DNA of 28,975 nt, from assembly GCA_027251445.1 (NCBI GenBank), contig JAPNQO010000056.1, forward strand, positions 1-28,975, read 5' to 3'. Each line of letters opens with the position of its first letter. The stretch's first letter is position 1. Shown here in pieces: positions 8,991 through 16,692 of the stretch. Under the pieces are notes generated by a model. It made no database searches, was not told the origin of the DNA, and saw only the letters and a program-made list of their open reading frames with translations. Position numbers and translations under genes: made by a program. The stretch comes from Fidelibacterota bacterium. GTDB lineage: Bacteria > Fidelibacterota > Marinisomatia > Marinisomatales > TCS55.

Positions 8991-10559
8991 CTAATCTTTA
9001 CTAGGTATTTGATCCAAAATATATTCCGACATTGCTGTAATTGTTAAACTAGGATTTACTCCAAGGTTTGCAGGAACAATAGAACCATCAGCTATAAAAA
9101 GATTTTCATAGCCAAAAATTTTACCCTTATAATCTATAACACCATTATTTGATGAGTCTGCCATAATGCATCCCCCCATAATATGGGCTGTTGTTGAGGT
9201 ATTCAAAAATATTTCTGTTATGCTTGCAGCAGGGTCTCCACCTATTTTATCGGCCAGTCTTCTTGTATACTCATTTGCAATAGGAATATATGCAGGCACC
9301 TTTTGATCTGTATCACAATTTGAATTCATTGATTTACCCCCAAATCTCCACCATCTTCGCTTATAATCAAAACTCATGTAATTACTAATAGTCTGCATTA
9401 CAAGGACATAGGTTGATTTCTCTGATATGCCAATGGGATTTATACTCCGCAAAAAAACAAATGGATTACGGATAATTTTCCATATCCATAATAATGGTCG
9501 AGGAACATAATCATGTTTATCAACTAATAATGTTGCCAATAGAGACATGGCACCCTGACCTTTACCATAACGACAAGTTTCAATATGTGTATTTTTATCA
9601 GGGTATATACCAGAGGTTATTGCAATACCTTTTGAAAAGTCTACATCTTTATTCCTTGATACTACTCCTTGAATAGCTTCACTGTTTGTACGAACAAAAT
9701 TGCCTAATTGATGAGAGATATTTGGTAAAGATCCATTTATTTTACATTGATGCAATAATTTAACTGTTCCCATAACTCCACCACAAAAAAATACTCCTGA
9801 AGTATAATAATACTTTTTCTTCTTAAAAATTCCAGTAATTTTTTTTACAATAATTTTATAATTACCTTGGCCATCAGGTTTTACATCAACTACTTTTGTT
9901 TCAGGTATAATATCTACACCAAGATTTTCTGCAAGATAAAGGTAATTTAAATCTAGTGTATTTTTTGCTCCATGCCTACACCCAACCATACAACCTCCAC
10001 ATAAAGTACAGCCAGTTCTATCAGGTCCTTTCCCATTAAAATAAGGATCAGATACTTTCTTTCCAGGCTCTCCAAAGTAAATGCCAACATCATTAACGTG
10101 AAATGTATCACCTACCCCAGCATCTTCAGCGCATTCTTTAAGTAATTTATCTGCATGAGTAATAACCTCACTTTTGGTTACACCTAACATAACTTTTGCT
10201 TTCGCATAGTAAGGGGAAAGCTTTTCTTTCCATCCAGGACCACCCCATAATGGATTATCAAATGCCTCATCTGGAGGAACTAAAAGATTATTTGCATATA
10301 CTAAACTACCGCCCCCAACACCAGTTCCATGCAAAACAAAGACATCTTTTAATAAGGTAAGTGCCTGAATACCATAAAAACCAATTTTCGGTATCCAGAA
10401 GTATTTTCGAAAATTCCAATTTGTTTTAGGAAAATCATTAGATTTATAACGTTTTCCCTGCTCAATTACTGCTACTTTATATCCTTTTTCTGCTAAACGT
10501 AAAGCAGCTACCGATCCTCCAAATCCTGAACCAATTATGATATAATCATAGTCTGGCAT
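8991..10559 (-). CDS. GMC-family oxidoreductase, cholesterol oxidase ChoD-like
   Basis: IIGSGFGGSVAALRLAEKGY FAD motif, GVGGGSLVYAN, CTLCGGCMVGC, AKNTLDLNYL, TAHIMGGC, LGVNPSLTI. Confidence 0.85.
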   Translation of the reverse strand: MPDYDYIIIGSGFGGSVAALRLAEKGYKVAVIEQGKRYKSNDFPKTNWNFRKYFWIPKIGFYGIQALTLLKDVFVLHGTGVGGGSLVYANNLLVPPDEAFDNPLWGGPGWKEKLSPYYAKAKVMLGVTKSEVITHADKLLKECAEDAGVGDTFHVNDVGIYFGEPGKKVSDPYFNGKGPDRTGCTLCGGCMVGCRHGAKNTLDLNYLYLAENLGVDIIPETKVVDVKPDGQGNYKIIVKKITGIFKKKKYYYTSGVFFCGGVMGTVKLLHQCKINGSLPNISHQLGNFVRTNSEAIQGVVSRNKDVDFSKGIAITSGIYPDKNTHIETCRYGKGQGAMSLLATLLVDKHDYVPRPLLWIWKIIRNPFVFLRSINPIGISEKSTYVLVMQTISNYMSFDYKRRWWRFGGKSMNSNCDTDQKVPAYIPIANEYTRRLADKIGGDPAASITEIFLNTSTTAHIMGGCIMADSSNNGVIDYKGKIFGYENLFIADGSIVPANLGVNPSLTITAMSEYILDQIPSKD

Positions 10560-10562
10560 TAA

Positions 10563-11279
10563 CTAATTATTTTTATTACTTAGAAACCATTTATATAAAT
10601 CAGGATTATCATATGTTATAGTCCAGGAATCATGATGTAATTCTGGGTATAATGTATATCGAACCTCACCACCTACTTTTTTCAAAGACTGAATCATAAC
10701 CTCTGACTCTTTAGGATAATGGACTGTATCAAGAGCTCCTTGAAAGGCCCAAAAAGGTACAGTAATTAATTTAGAAGCTGTTTTTGGGTCACCTCCACCG
10801 CAGATAGGTGCCGCAGCTGCAAAAAGATCTGGTCGATGAGCAACTATTGCCCATGTTCCTCTTCCTCCCATACTTAATCCAGTGACATAAATTCGTGATT
10901 TATCTACACGATAATTTTTTATAATTTTTATTAATAAGGATTCTAGTGCTTTTAACATTTCTTGATCCCTCCAAACATAATCCATGGGACATTGTGGAGA
11001 TACAGCGATAAATGGAAAATCTCTTTTTGTATCTACTATCTTTGGTATTCCATGCACTTTTACTAGCTCAAGATCATTACCACGCTCTCCCATACCATGC
11101 AAAAATAATACCAATGGCCAATCTATATTTTCATCAACCTGATAACTTTCAGGTAAATAAAATAAATAATTTAAACTGACTTTATTTTTATCAATACTAT
11201 CTAATCCCATTTTACGTTGTTGCGCATTTCCCAAAGAACATAACAATATAAATACAACAACAAATCGTAAAATAATCAT
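10563..11279 (-). CDS. Exported alpha/beta hydrolase (carboxylesterase/phospholipase-like)
   Basis: Signal peptide; PLVLFLHG oxyanion motif, GLSMGG nucleophile, GALD Asp, HDSW His. Confidence 0.85.
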   Translation of the reverse strand: MIILRFVVVFILLCSLGNAQQRKMGLDSIDKNKVSLNYLFYLPESYQVDENIDWPLVLFLHGMGERGNDLELVKVHGIPKIVDTKRDFPFIAVSPQCPMDYVWRDQEMLKALESLLIKIIKNYRVDKSRIYVTGLSMGGRGTWAIVAHRPDLFAAAAPICGGGDPKTASKLITVPFWAFQGALDTVHYPKESEVMIQSLKKVGGEVRYTLYPELHHDSWTITYDNPDLYKWFLSNKNN

Positions 11280-11286
11280 TATTAAA

Positions 11287-12360
11287 TCATCCTGCCCAAT
11301 CCATTAATTTAGGCTGTGTGAAATTTGAATGAATTTCTATCATTTTTTTATTTTTAATTGATATATCAATGGCCTCCATAACTTCAATAATATGTGCAGC
11401 ATGCTCTGCAGAAGCACGGTGGGGTTTATTTTTTAGAATTGCATCTGCAATTTCTTCCAAGCCCCTAGCATATTCTGTACCATCATAGCCATTTCTAATA
11501 GGAGGAATAATAGAAGACTCTCCACCAATTTCAATAAATTCCAAAGGTGAAGAAAAATCATGTCCACTTCCTAAATATAACATACCATTATCTCCATGAA
11601 TCTCAATTCCATGATCTTGCTTAGAATCATTTGCATAAAAATTGCATGTTAGCCTTAATAATGCCCCATTATTCATCTCAAGTAATGCAAGGATAAAGTC
11701 TGGAGTATTCACTTTAAAAGATTCTCCATCTAAATTCCTACGTTTAGGCATAATTACTTTTCCAAAAGCATTAACTCTATTAATTGACCCCAAAAGCGCA
11801 GTACATATTGTTAACGCATATATACCTACATCCCATAAGACTCCAACATCAAAAAAAGGTTTAGGATTTGGATGCCAATTTTCAATTCTATCATGGTTAA
11901 TCTCTGCATATACTAGTCTTATTTTACCCAGTAGACCATCATTTATTTTCTTATAAGCTGTTTGTTGCATTTCGCCCATATAGGTAATTGGGGCACTACT
12001 AAGCCTAAGATTCCTCTTTTCGGATATATCAATTATTCTTTTTGCATCTTTATAATTCATAGCTAATGGTTTTTCAGTATAGACATGTTTTCCTGAAGTA
12101 AGTATCTTCTCTATTACTTCTGCGTGGGCATGATGAATTGTAAGATTTACTATCAAATCAATATTTTCATCCAAAAGCATTTTATCTAAACTCTCATAAA
12201 ATTGACACTTATATATACTAGAAAAATTTTTGGCTCTATCAATTTCAATATCTGAAAGCCCAATTAGTTTTATATTATCATAGCTGCTAATTTGATCTAA
12301 ATATTTTTCAGCAATATTACCACAGCCAACTATACCAATATTTATTTTTTCATTTTTCAA
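11287..12360 (-). CDS. Gfo/Idh/MocA family oxidoreductase
   Basis: GIVGCGNIA Rossmann motif, EKP, DVGIY; TTG start. Confidence 0.88.
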   Translation of the reverse strand: MKNEKINIGIVGCGNIAEKYLDQISSYDNIKLIGLSDIEIDRAKNFSSIYKCQFYESLDKMLLDENIDLIVNLTIHHAHAEVIEKILTSGKHVYTEKPLAMNYKDAKRIIDISEKRNLRLSSAPITYMGEMQQTAYKKINDGLLGKIRLVYAEINHDRIENWHPNPKPFFDVGVLWDVGIYALTICTALLGSINRVNAFGKVIMPKRRNLDGESFKVNTPDFILALLEMNNGALLRLTCNFYANDSKQDHGIEIHGDNGMLYLGSGHDFSSPLEFIEIGGESSIIPPIRNGYDGTEYARGLEEIADAILKNKPHRASAEHAAHIIEVMEAIDISIKNKKMIEIHSNFTQPKLMDWAG

Positions 12361-12386
12361 ATTATTTACTCACGCACTGCAAATTT

Positions 12387-12515
12387 TTAGAAATCAGAAT
12401 CAAGTTTTTCATACCAATTTCTTTTTAGAAATAATGTTGTGATGATAGCAATAATTAATGAAAATAAAAAAACAGAATATTGATAAACAAGCAAATAATA
12501 GGAGACCCACCCCAT
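12387..12515 (-). pseudogene. 42-aa hydrophobic ORF, probable C-terminal remnant of a Na+:solute symporter (alternatively a small membrane protein)
   Basis: MGWVSYYLLVYQYSVFLFSLIIAIITTLFLKRNWYEKLDSDF*. Ends in a ...LKxxWYxKL tail I recall from FCB-group SSS transporters (recall only, no search run). Not in ORF track. Confidence 0.45.
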
Positions 12516-12566
12516 GAATTTCAAGGATGGTATTCTGTTTACAATACAGATTTATCAACGATAAAG

Positions 12567-12595
12567 ATTATAAAAAGTTTTACTACTAAGTTCAA
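12567..12595 (-). promoter_or_regulatory. Sigma70-type promoter TTGAAC-N17-TATAAT
   Basis: On the minus strand, -35 TTGAAC (12595-12590), exact 17-nt spacer, perfect -10 TATAAT (12572-12567), in an intergenic gap. AT-rich background lowers specificity. Confidence 0.6.
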
Positions 12596-12619
12596 TGACA
12601 TTTGATTATTTATAGTAAA

Positions 12620-12904
12620 TCAATTTATTTTTTTTACTTCATCATAACTATATTTTTTAAAACTACCACTTAAATCGTTTTCATTATTTATTGATTTTAA
12701 ATTAACACTGTATCCATCTACTTCATTTACTTCCATAATGCCATCTATATGCATTTTCTTATCTTTAAACTCTTTTATGGAACGAGCTTTTGATTTAGCA
12801 CTTTTAATATTATCAGCAACTACAAAATAATTTGTATGTGACTCGTAAAAGCCCGAGGATACATCGTTATCATAAAAACCAGCGTGAATGAGGAATAATT
12901 TCAA
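12620..12904 (-). CDS. DUF1543 domain-containing protein
   Basis: KLFLIHAGFY...ESH..FVVA....AK..A...HIDG...V..VDGY pattern; TTG start. Confidence 0.75.
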   Translation of the reverse strand: MKLFLIHAGFYDNDVSSGFYESHTNYFVVADNIKSAKSKARSIKEFKDKKMHIDGIMEVNEVDGYSVNLKSINNENDLSGSFKKYSYDEVKKIN

Positions 12905-12937
12905 TTTTAGCTTTGATACTTATTTAAAATAATTTCT

Positions 12938-13609
12938 TCAACAATAAACTCTTTCAATTCCTGAAAGAAAATTATTTAATGCATACAATGCTTCATTCAT
13001 AGCATCTAGTGCTTCTTTTTTCTTTTCATCTGAATCACATAAGTTTGATAGTAATTCACTTATGACTTGGCGATGTAACTTATCAGCGTGTAGATGAACA
13101 GTAAAAAATTTGAGAGTATTTTCATCATCAATACCATAATATTTTCTTAAACCATCTATTTTATTTTCCGCTATTTCTGGGACCATAGATTCATAGCAAT
13201 ACAATGCAGCCATTCCTATATGTGTTCTTTCATCTCTTGATAATTTCATAAATGTATCAACTAATTCAGTTGTCTCTTGGATAGCCTTGGACTCTTCGAT
13301 ATCATCTCTTGTCTTACCCATGCCTTCCCCAAACCTTAGCCATAATTCTGGATGATTTTCTTTACCTTTTTCTTCTTCAATCAGATTCTCTAATAATTCC
13401 TGTCTAATTGAGATATCTTCACAATTTGTATGTATTCCAGATATATACCTTGGGAAAGCTGACACATGATTAAAATATTGAGCTGCATATTCTTGTATAG
13501 TTTCAATTTTTAATTCACCTGCATTCCATGCTTTATAAAATGAATGATTCAACAAGTGATTTTCAGAAATTTTTTCATCGACTATAGTTTTAAACGATAA
13601 GTTGTTCAT
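12938..13609 (-). CDS. CADD/CT610-family heme-oxygenase-like diiron oxidase (putative p-aminobenzoate synthase; PqqC-like fold)
   Basis: HLLNHSFYKAWNAGEL, FPRYIS, EEE...HPELW, ALYCYES, HxxxDxxH ligands. Start placed at the second Met (13609) because AAAGGA lies just upstream; the track start is 13624. Confidence 0.88.
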   Translation of the reverse strand: MNNLSFKTIVDEKISENHLLNHSFYKAWNAGELKIETIQEYAAQYFNHVSAFPRYISGIHTNCEDISIRQELLENLIEEEKGKENHPELWLRFGEGMGKTRDDIEESKAIQETTELVDTFMKLSRDERTHIGMAALYCYESMVPEIAENKIDGLRKYYGIDDENTLKFFTVHLHADKLHRQVISELLSNLCDSDEKKKEALDAMNEALYALNNFLSGIERVYC

Positions 13610-13705
13610 TGATAATCCTTTCATGATTATTAAAATAATTTTTGTTTTGACAATAAATAAAGTTAGCTAATAAAATATATTTTTAACTATAAATAGATTT
13701 ATGGA

Positions 13706-14734
13706 TCAGGAAATTTCTTCTATAATATTATCAATCAGTTTTCTATTTCCAAATCTTATTAAATCAGTTGCTGGAATTTGAAATCTTTTTTCTACATCTT
13801 GTATTGTCTTTAAGGCATCATCCTCATTCATATGTAATGTTAATAGGTTAATACCCAAAAACTTAGATTGTTTAAAATTATTCATTAAAGAAATATGCAA
13901 ATCCATAACACTACTAATCGAAGCCATTTTATATCCTGTAACATCAAGTTTTCGTTTAGGTTCATCTGTCATTACCATATAATCAGGCATCGATCCATGC
14001 AATAGACCTAAAGTTACCCCTGCATAATACATATTCGTTAATGAACCTTGACCTTCTACAATAATTAAATCTTTATCTTCATTAATTTGATCAATTGCGT
14101 GTTCTATTTCCCCAGCCATAAAATCCCCAATGACTGCATCAACCGGGATCCCATGTCCACTCAACAAAATACCAGTTTGACCCGTGCCAATAAATTCAAT
14201 ATTTTTTCCTTTTTTTCTTAATCTTTCAGATATCTCCCACGCCGTTGTCATTTTTCCTGTATCACAATCAGTTCCTACAATTAATAACACTTTAGTTTTA
14301 CGATCTTTCCAAGATCCTTTTGAAAAATGGGGAGGATTAGGAGGTCTTCTTAAATCATAAATTTTTGTACCCTTTTCATTTGCTAATAAACTTAATTCTT
14401 CATCATCATTTAAAAATTGGTGCATACCACTATAAATATCACATCCATATTTTATAGCAGAGCGAAGTTCTTTTCGATATACTTCAGTTATAAATCCTCC
14501 CTGTGGAGCACTTCCTATGACAATAGTATTAGGCTCAAATTGCTGAGCTTCATCAAAGTTAGCAACCACTGGGATATTACCTCCATACGATAAAACATCT
14601 TGTGCTTTAAGACCAGCTTTATCAGAATCAATAATACAAGAAACAGATTCTGGTTTATAGCGAATAAGCATATTCCCTGTTTTATTTAATATATAATCAA
14701 AAGCACTAGGACAAAGAATTGCAATATTATTCAT
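13706..14734 (-). CDS. DUF1611 family protein (D-glutamate N-acetyltransferase DgcN-like)
   Basis: IGSAPQGG, SGMHQFL, VGTDCDTGKMTT P-loop-like motif, GTGQTG, DAVIGDFMAG, VEGQGSL, LGLLHGS. Confidence 0.85.
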   Translation of the reverse strand: MNNIAILCPSAFDYILNKTGNMLIRYKPESVSCIIDSDKAGLKAQDVLSYGGNIPVVANFDEAQQFEPNTIVIGSAPQGGFITEVYRKELRSAIKYGCDIYSGMHQFLNDDEELSLLANEKGTKIYDLRRPPNPPHFSKGSWKDRKTKVLLIVGTDCDTGKMTTAWEISERLRKKGKNIEFIGTGQTGILLSGHGIPVDAVIGDFMAGEIEHAIDQINEDKDLIIVEGQGSLTNMYYAGVTLGLLHGSMPDYMVMTDEPKRKLDVTGYKMASISSVMDLHISLMNNFKQSKFLGINLLTLHMNEDDALKTIQDVEKRFQIPATDLIRFGNRKLIDNIIEEIS

Positions 14735-15633
14735 TTAAGTGATTCTTTCATTTGATTAAATAAATTAATTGTTGAAGTGGGTATCTTATTTACAATTCTA
14801 TTTAATTTCAATGCTGATTTATCAATTATTGATAAATCAACTCCACTATAGAATCCTCTTTCATCAATCAATTTAACTAATTCTTCTGTTGGAATATTTC
14901 CCTTTGATTTTATCAAAAAAGGACTGCCTCCCTTCCCACCTACTGCGCTATCAAACTCTCTTACTCCAATTTTAATTGCAGTAATAACATTATCTTGCCA
15001 TCTTTCATTAGTCTGATGAAAATGCATAACTAATGGAATATTTTTAATTAATGGATATACTATCCTCAAACACTCATTTATTGTTTCTGGTCTCGCAACA
15101 CCTGCAGTATCTGCTAAACATATTTTATAGGGATTCATTGCAACGATTTTATCTATTTTATCCGATAAAATTTGATAATTTATTTTTTTATTTTTTCTTC
15201 CCCAAGCACATTGCAGTCCAATTCTAAGTTGAATATTAAACTTATTTGCTAAATCCGATATTTTTTTTAATTCATTTAAAGCACTTCTCTCATTCTTTCC
15301 GGTATTAATAAATTCATAATCATCATCCAATGAAATGGATGTCTCTAATCTTTTAAAACCACAATTAACTGCTCTGTGAAATCCCTTAACGTTTAAAATA
15401 AACGCACTATATTTTACATTATCTATATCAGGAGCTGATGAATATAAATCTTCAGCATCTGCCATCTGAGGAAGAATTTTTGGGCTTACGAACGAACATA
15501 GTTGAATATGTTTTAAACCAGATAAAATTAAATAATCTAGTAATTGTAGTTTATCTTCAATTCTATAAAGTTTTTTTAAATTCTGAAAACACTCTCTTAA
15601 CCCTACCTCATTAATAATAATATTTTCTTTCAT
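14731..15633 (-). CDS. Divergent HMG-CoA lyase-like protein (DRE-TIM metallolyase)
   Basis: SFVSPK..PQMADAE, LADTAG, HFH, FDSAVGG..G.P..., GNIPTEEL. Canonical catalytic motifs are altered (see findings). Confidence 0.8.
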   Translation of the reverse strand: MKENIIINEVGLRECFQNLKKLYRIEDKLQLLDYLILSGLKHIQLCSFVSPKILPQMADAEDLYSSAPDIDNVKYSAFILNVKGFHRAVNCGFKRLETSISLDDDYEFINTGKNERSALNELKKISDLANKFNIQLRIGLQCAWGRKNKKINYQILSDKIDKIVAMNPYKICLADTAGVARPETINECLRIVYPLIKNIPLVMHFHQTNERWQDNVITAIKIGVREFDSAVGGKGGSPFLIKSKGNIPTEELVKLIDERGFYSGVDLSIIDKSALKLNRIVNKIPTSTINLFNQMKESLK

Positions 15634-15681
15634 AATATCTAGAGTTTATAAAAAAGGAATCTTTTCATAAAATAAATATTT

Positions 15682-15715
15682 AAAAAAAAGCCCTATTTAT
15701 AAAATAAGGCTTTTT
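15682..15715 (-). terminator. Rho-independent terminator after tRNA-Sec
   Basis: Minus strand GCCUUAUUU-UAU-AAAUAGGGC hairpin (one G-U pair) followed by a U8 tract; A-tract on the other side. Confidence 0.8.
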
Positions 15716-15718
15716 AAA

Positions 15719-15814
15719 TGGCGGGAACGCCTGGGAATCGAACCCAGCTCCCGATTAATAATCGGGACAACAGTTTTGAAGACTGCAGCGGGCACCAGCC
15801 ACGCAATCATTCCC
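15719..15814 (-). tRNA. selC: tRNA-Sec (anticodon UCA)
   Basis: GGGAATGA-TT-GCGTGGC/TGGT/GCCCGC-T-GCAGT/CTTCAAA/ACTGT-long variable arm TCCCGATT/ATT/AATCGGGA-CTGGG/TTCGATT/CCCAG-GCGTTCCC-GCCA. 96 nt, G73, encoded CCA. Confidence 0.92.
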
Positions 15815-15819
15815 AATAT

Positions 15820-16692
15820 CTATTTAGGTCGATTCAAAACTCTATATTCAAGTCCAAATTTCTTTTTTACTCTTTCACCTTCGCTTTCTGCATCTTCAAA
15901 GCTATAGAACCTTACTATACGAACTGCATGCAGTCGCCTTCCAGCTGAAGGAACTTCAACTATTTCAGCATTGAACCCTCCCTGTACAAGTAAGTTCTTT
16001 ATTCTTAAGGCATTTTTATATTTACTAAATGCCCCTACTTGCGCAACGTAATCCTTACTCTTACTAGGCCCTGGTTTTGGTATTTTTGGATTTGCCTTCG
16101 GCCCACTCCATATTGGTTTTCTTTTTTTTAATTTAGCAGATACTTTTGATTCATCAAGTCTTACTAATTTTGCATCCTTAGGTGGGTCTATTAATGCAGC
16201 TAGACCATACTTATCAAATTCTAAACTAGGGTGCAATAATCTGATTTGTCTAATATAGAATGCTGCACTATCTCTATATCCAATTGCCAAATAACTATTT
16301 ACCATTAGATCTGTTGCTCTTTGAGCATGATCTGTTGTAGAATAAACCAAAGGCACTAAACGAAACTGCTTACTTGCTTGAGTATATAAACCTCTTGAAA
16401 AGAGATACTCTCCAATTTTCATTGCTACATCATCTGCAAATTTATGATCAGGATAATTTTTAAGTATATCTCGATAAATAATTAAAGCTTTTTCAGCATC
16501 TTCAGATACTAAAGCCTTCAAATAAAAAATAGATGGATCATTTTTGTATAATGCTTCTAATTCTGGTAAGGCTGATAGAACATCATCTATTCTTCCTTTA
16601 TTTACAAGTTCTAAATATTTTTCTATATCTTGCGAGAAAACAAAAGTTGCACTTAATAGAAAATAAAGTGATTTAGTTATTATTTTTTTCAC
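15820..16692 (-). CDS. Exported TPR + SPOR domain protein
   Basis: Signal peptide; TPR-like YRDILKNYPDHKFADDVAMKIGEY; C-terminal YVAQVGAFS...NA SPOR motif. Confidence 0.8.
   Translation of the reverse strand: MKKIITKSLYFLLSATFVFSQDIEKYLELVNKGRIDDVLSALPELEALYKNDPSIFYLKALVSEDAEKALIIYRDILKNYPDHKFADDVAMKIGEYLFSRGLYTQASKQFRLVPLVYSTTDHAQRATDLMVNSYLAIGYRDSAAFYIRQIRLLHPSLEFDKYGLAALIDPPKDAKLVRLDESKVSAKLKKRKPIWSGPKANPKIPKPGPSKSKDYVAQVGAFSKYKNALRIKNLLVQGGFNAEIVEVPSAGRRLHAVRIVRFYSFEDAESEGERVKKKFGLEYRVLNRPK

Noticed and set aside
12534..12550. 5-bp stem with 7-nt loop resembling a tRNA anticodon arm
   Set aside because: No T-loop, acceptor stem or CCA around it on either strand.
12920..12943. CADD ends ...VYC-UGA, suggesting a C-terminal Cys-Sec motif by readthrough (then RNYFK*) given the nearby selC
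   Set aside because: The sequence after UGA is AU-rich with no SECIS-like hairpin; UGA is a common ordinary stop here.
13611..13631. Inverted repeat ATAATC-N7-GATTAT at the CADD start, resembling a Fur box or RBS-sequestering hairpin
   Set aside because: The spacing does not match the Fur consensus, and a 6-bp AT-rich stem is expected by chance here.
114..15718. Genomic island integrated at selC
   Set aside because: No integrase and no duplicate of the tRNA 3' end were seen. The partial match TGCGGGAA near 1151 is too short. A boundary outside the window cannot be excluded.
15719..15814. tRNA(UCA) as a sign of UGA reassignment to Trp/Gly
   Set aside because: The long variable arm, extended D stem and G73 fit Sec. 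UGA terminates many genes, including several ATGA overlaps, and the long ORFs are not interrupted by UGA.
15718..15948. 76-aa plus-strand ORF in the track
   Set aside because: It is antisense to tRNA-Sec and the SPOR gene, so a shadow ORF.
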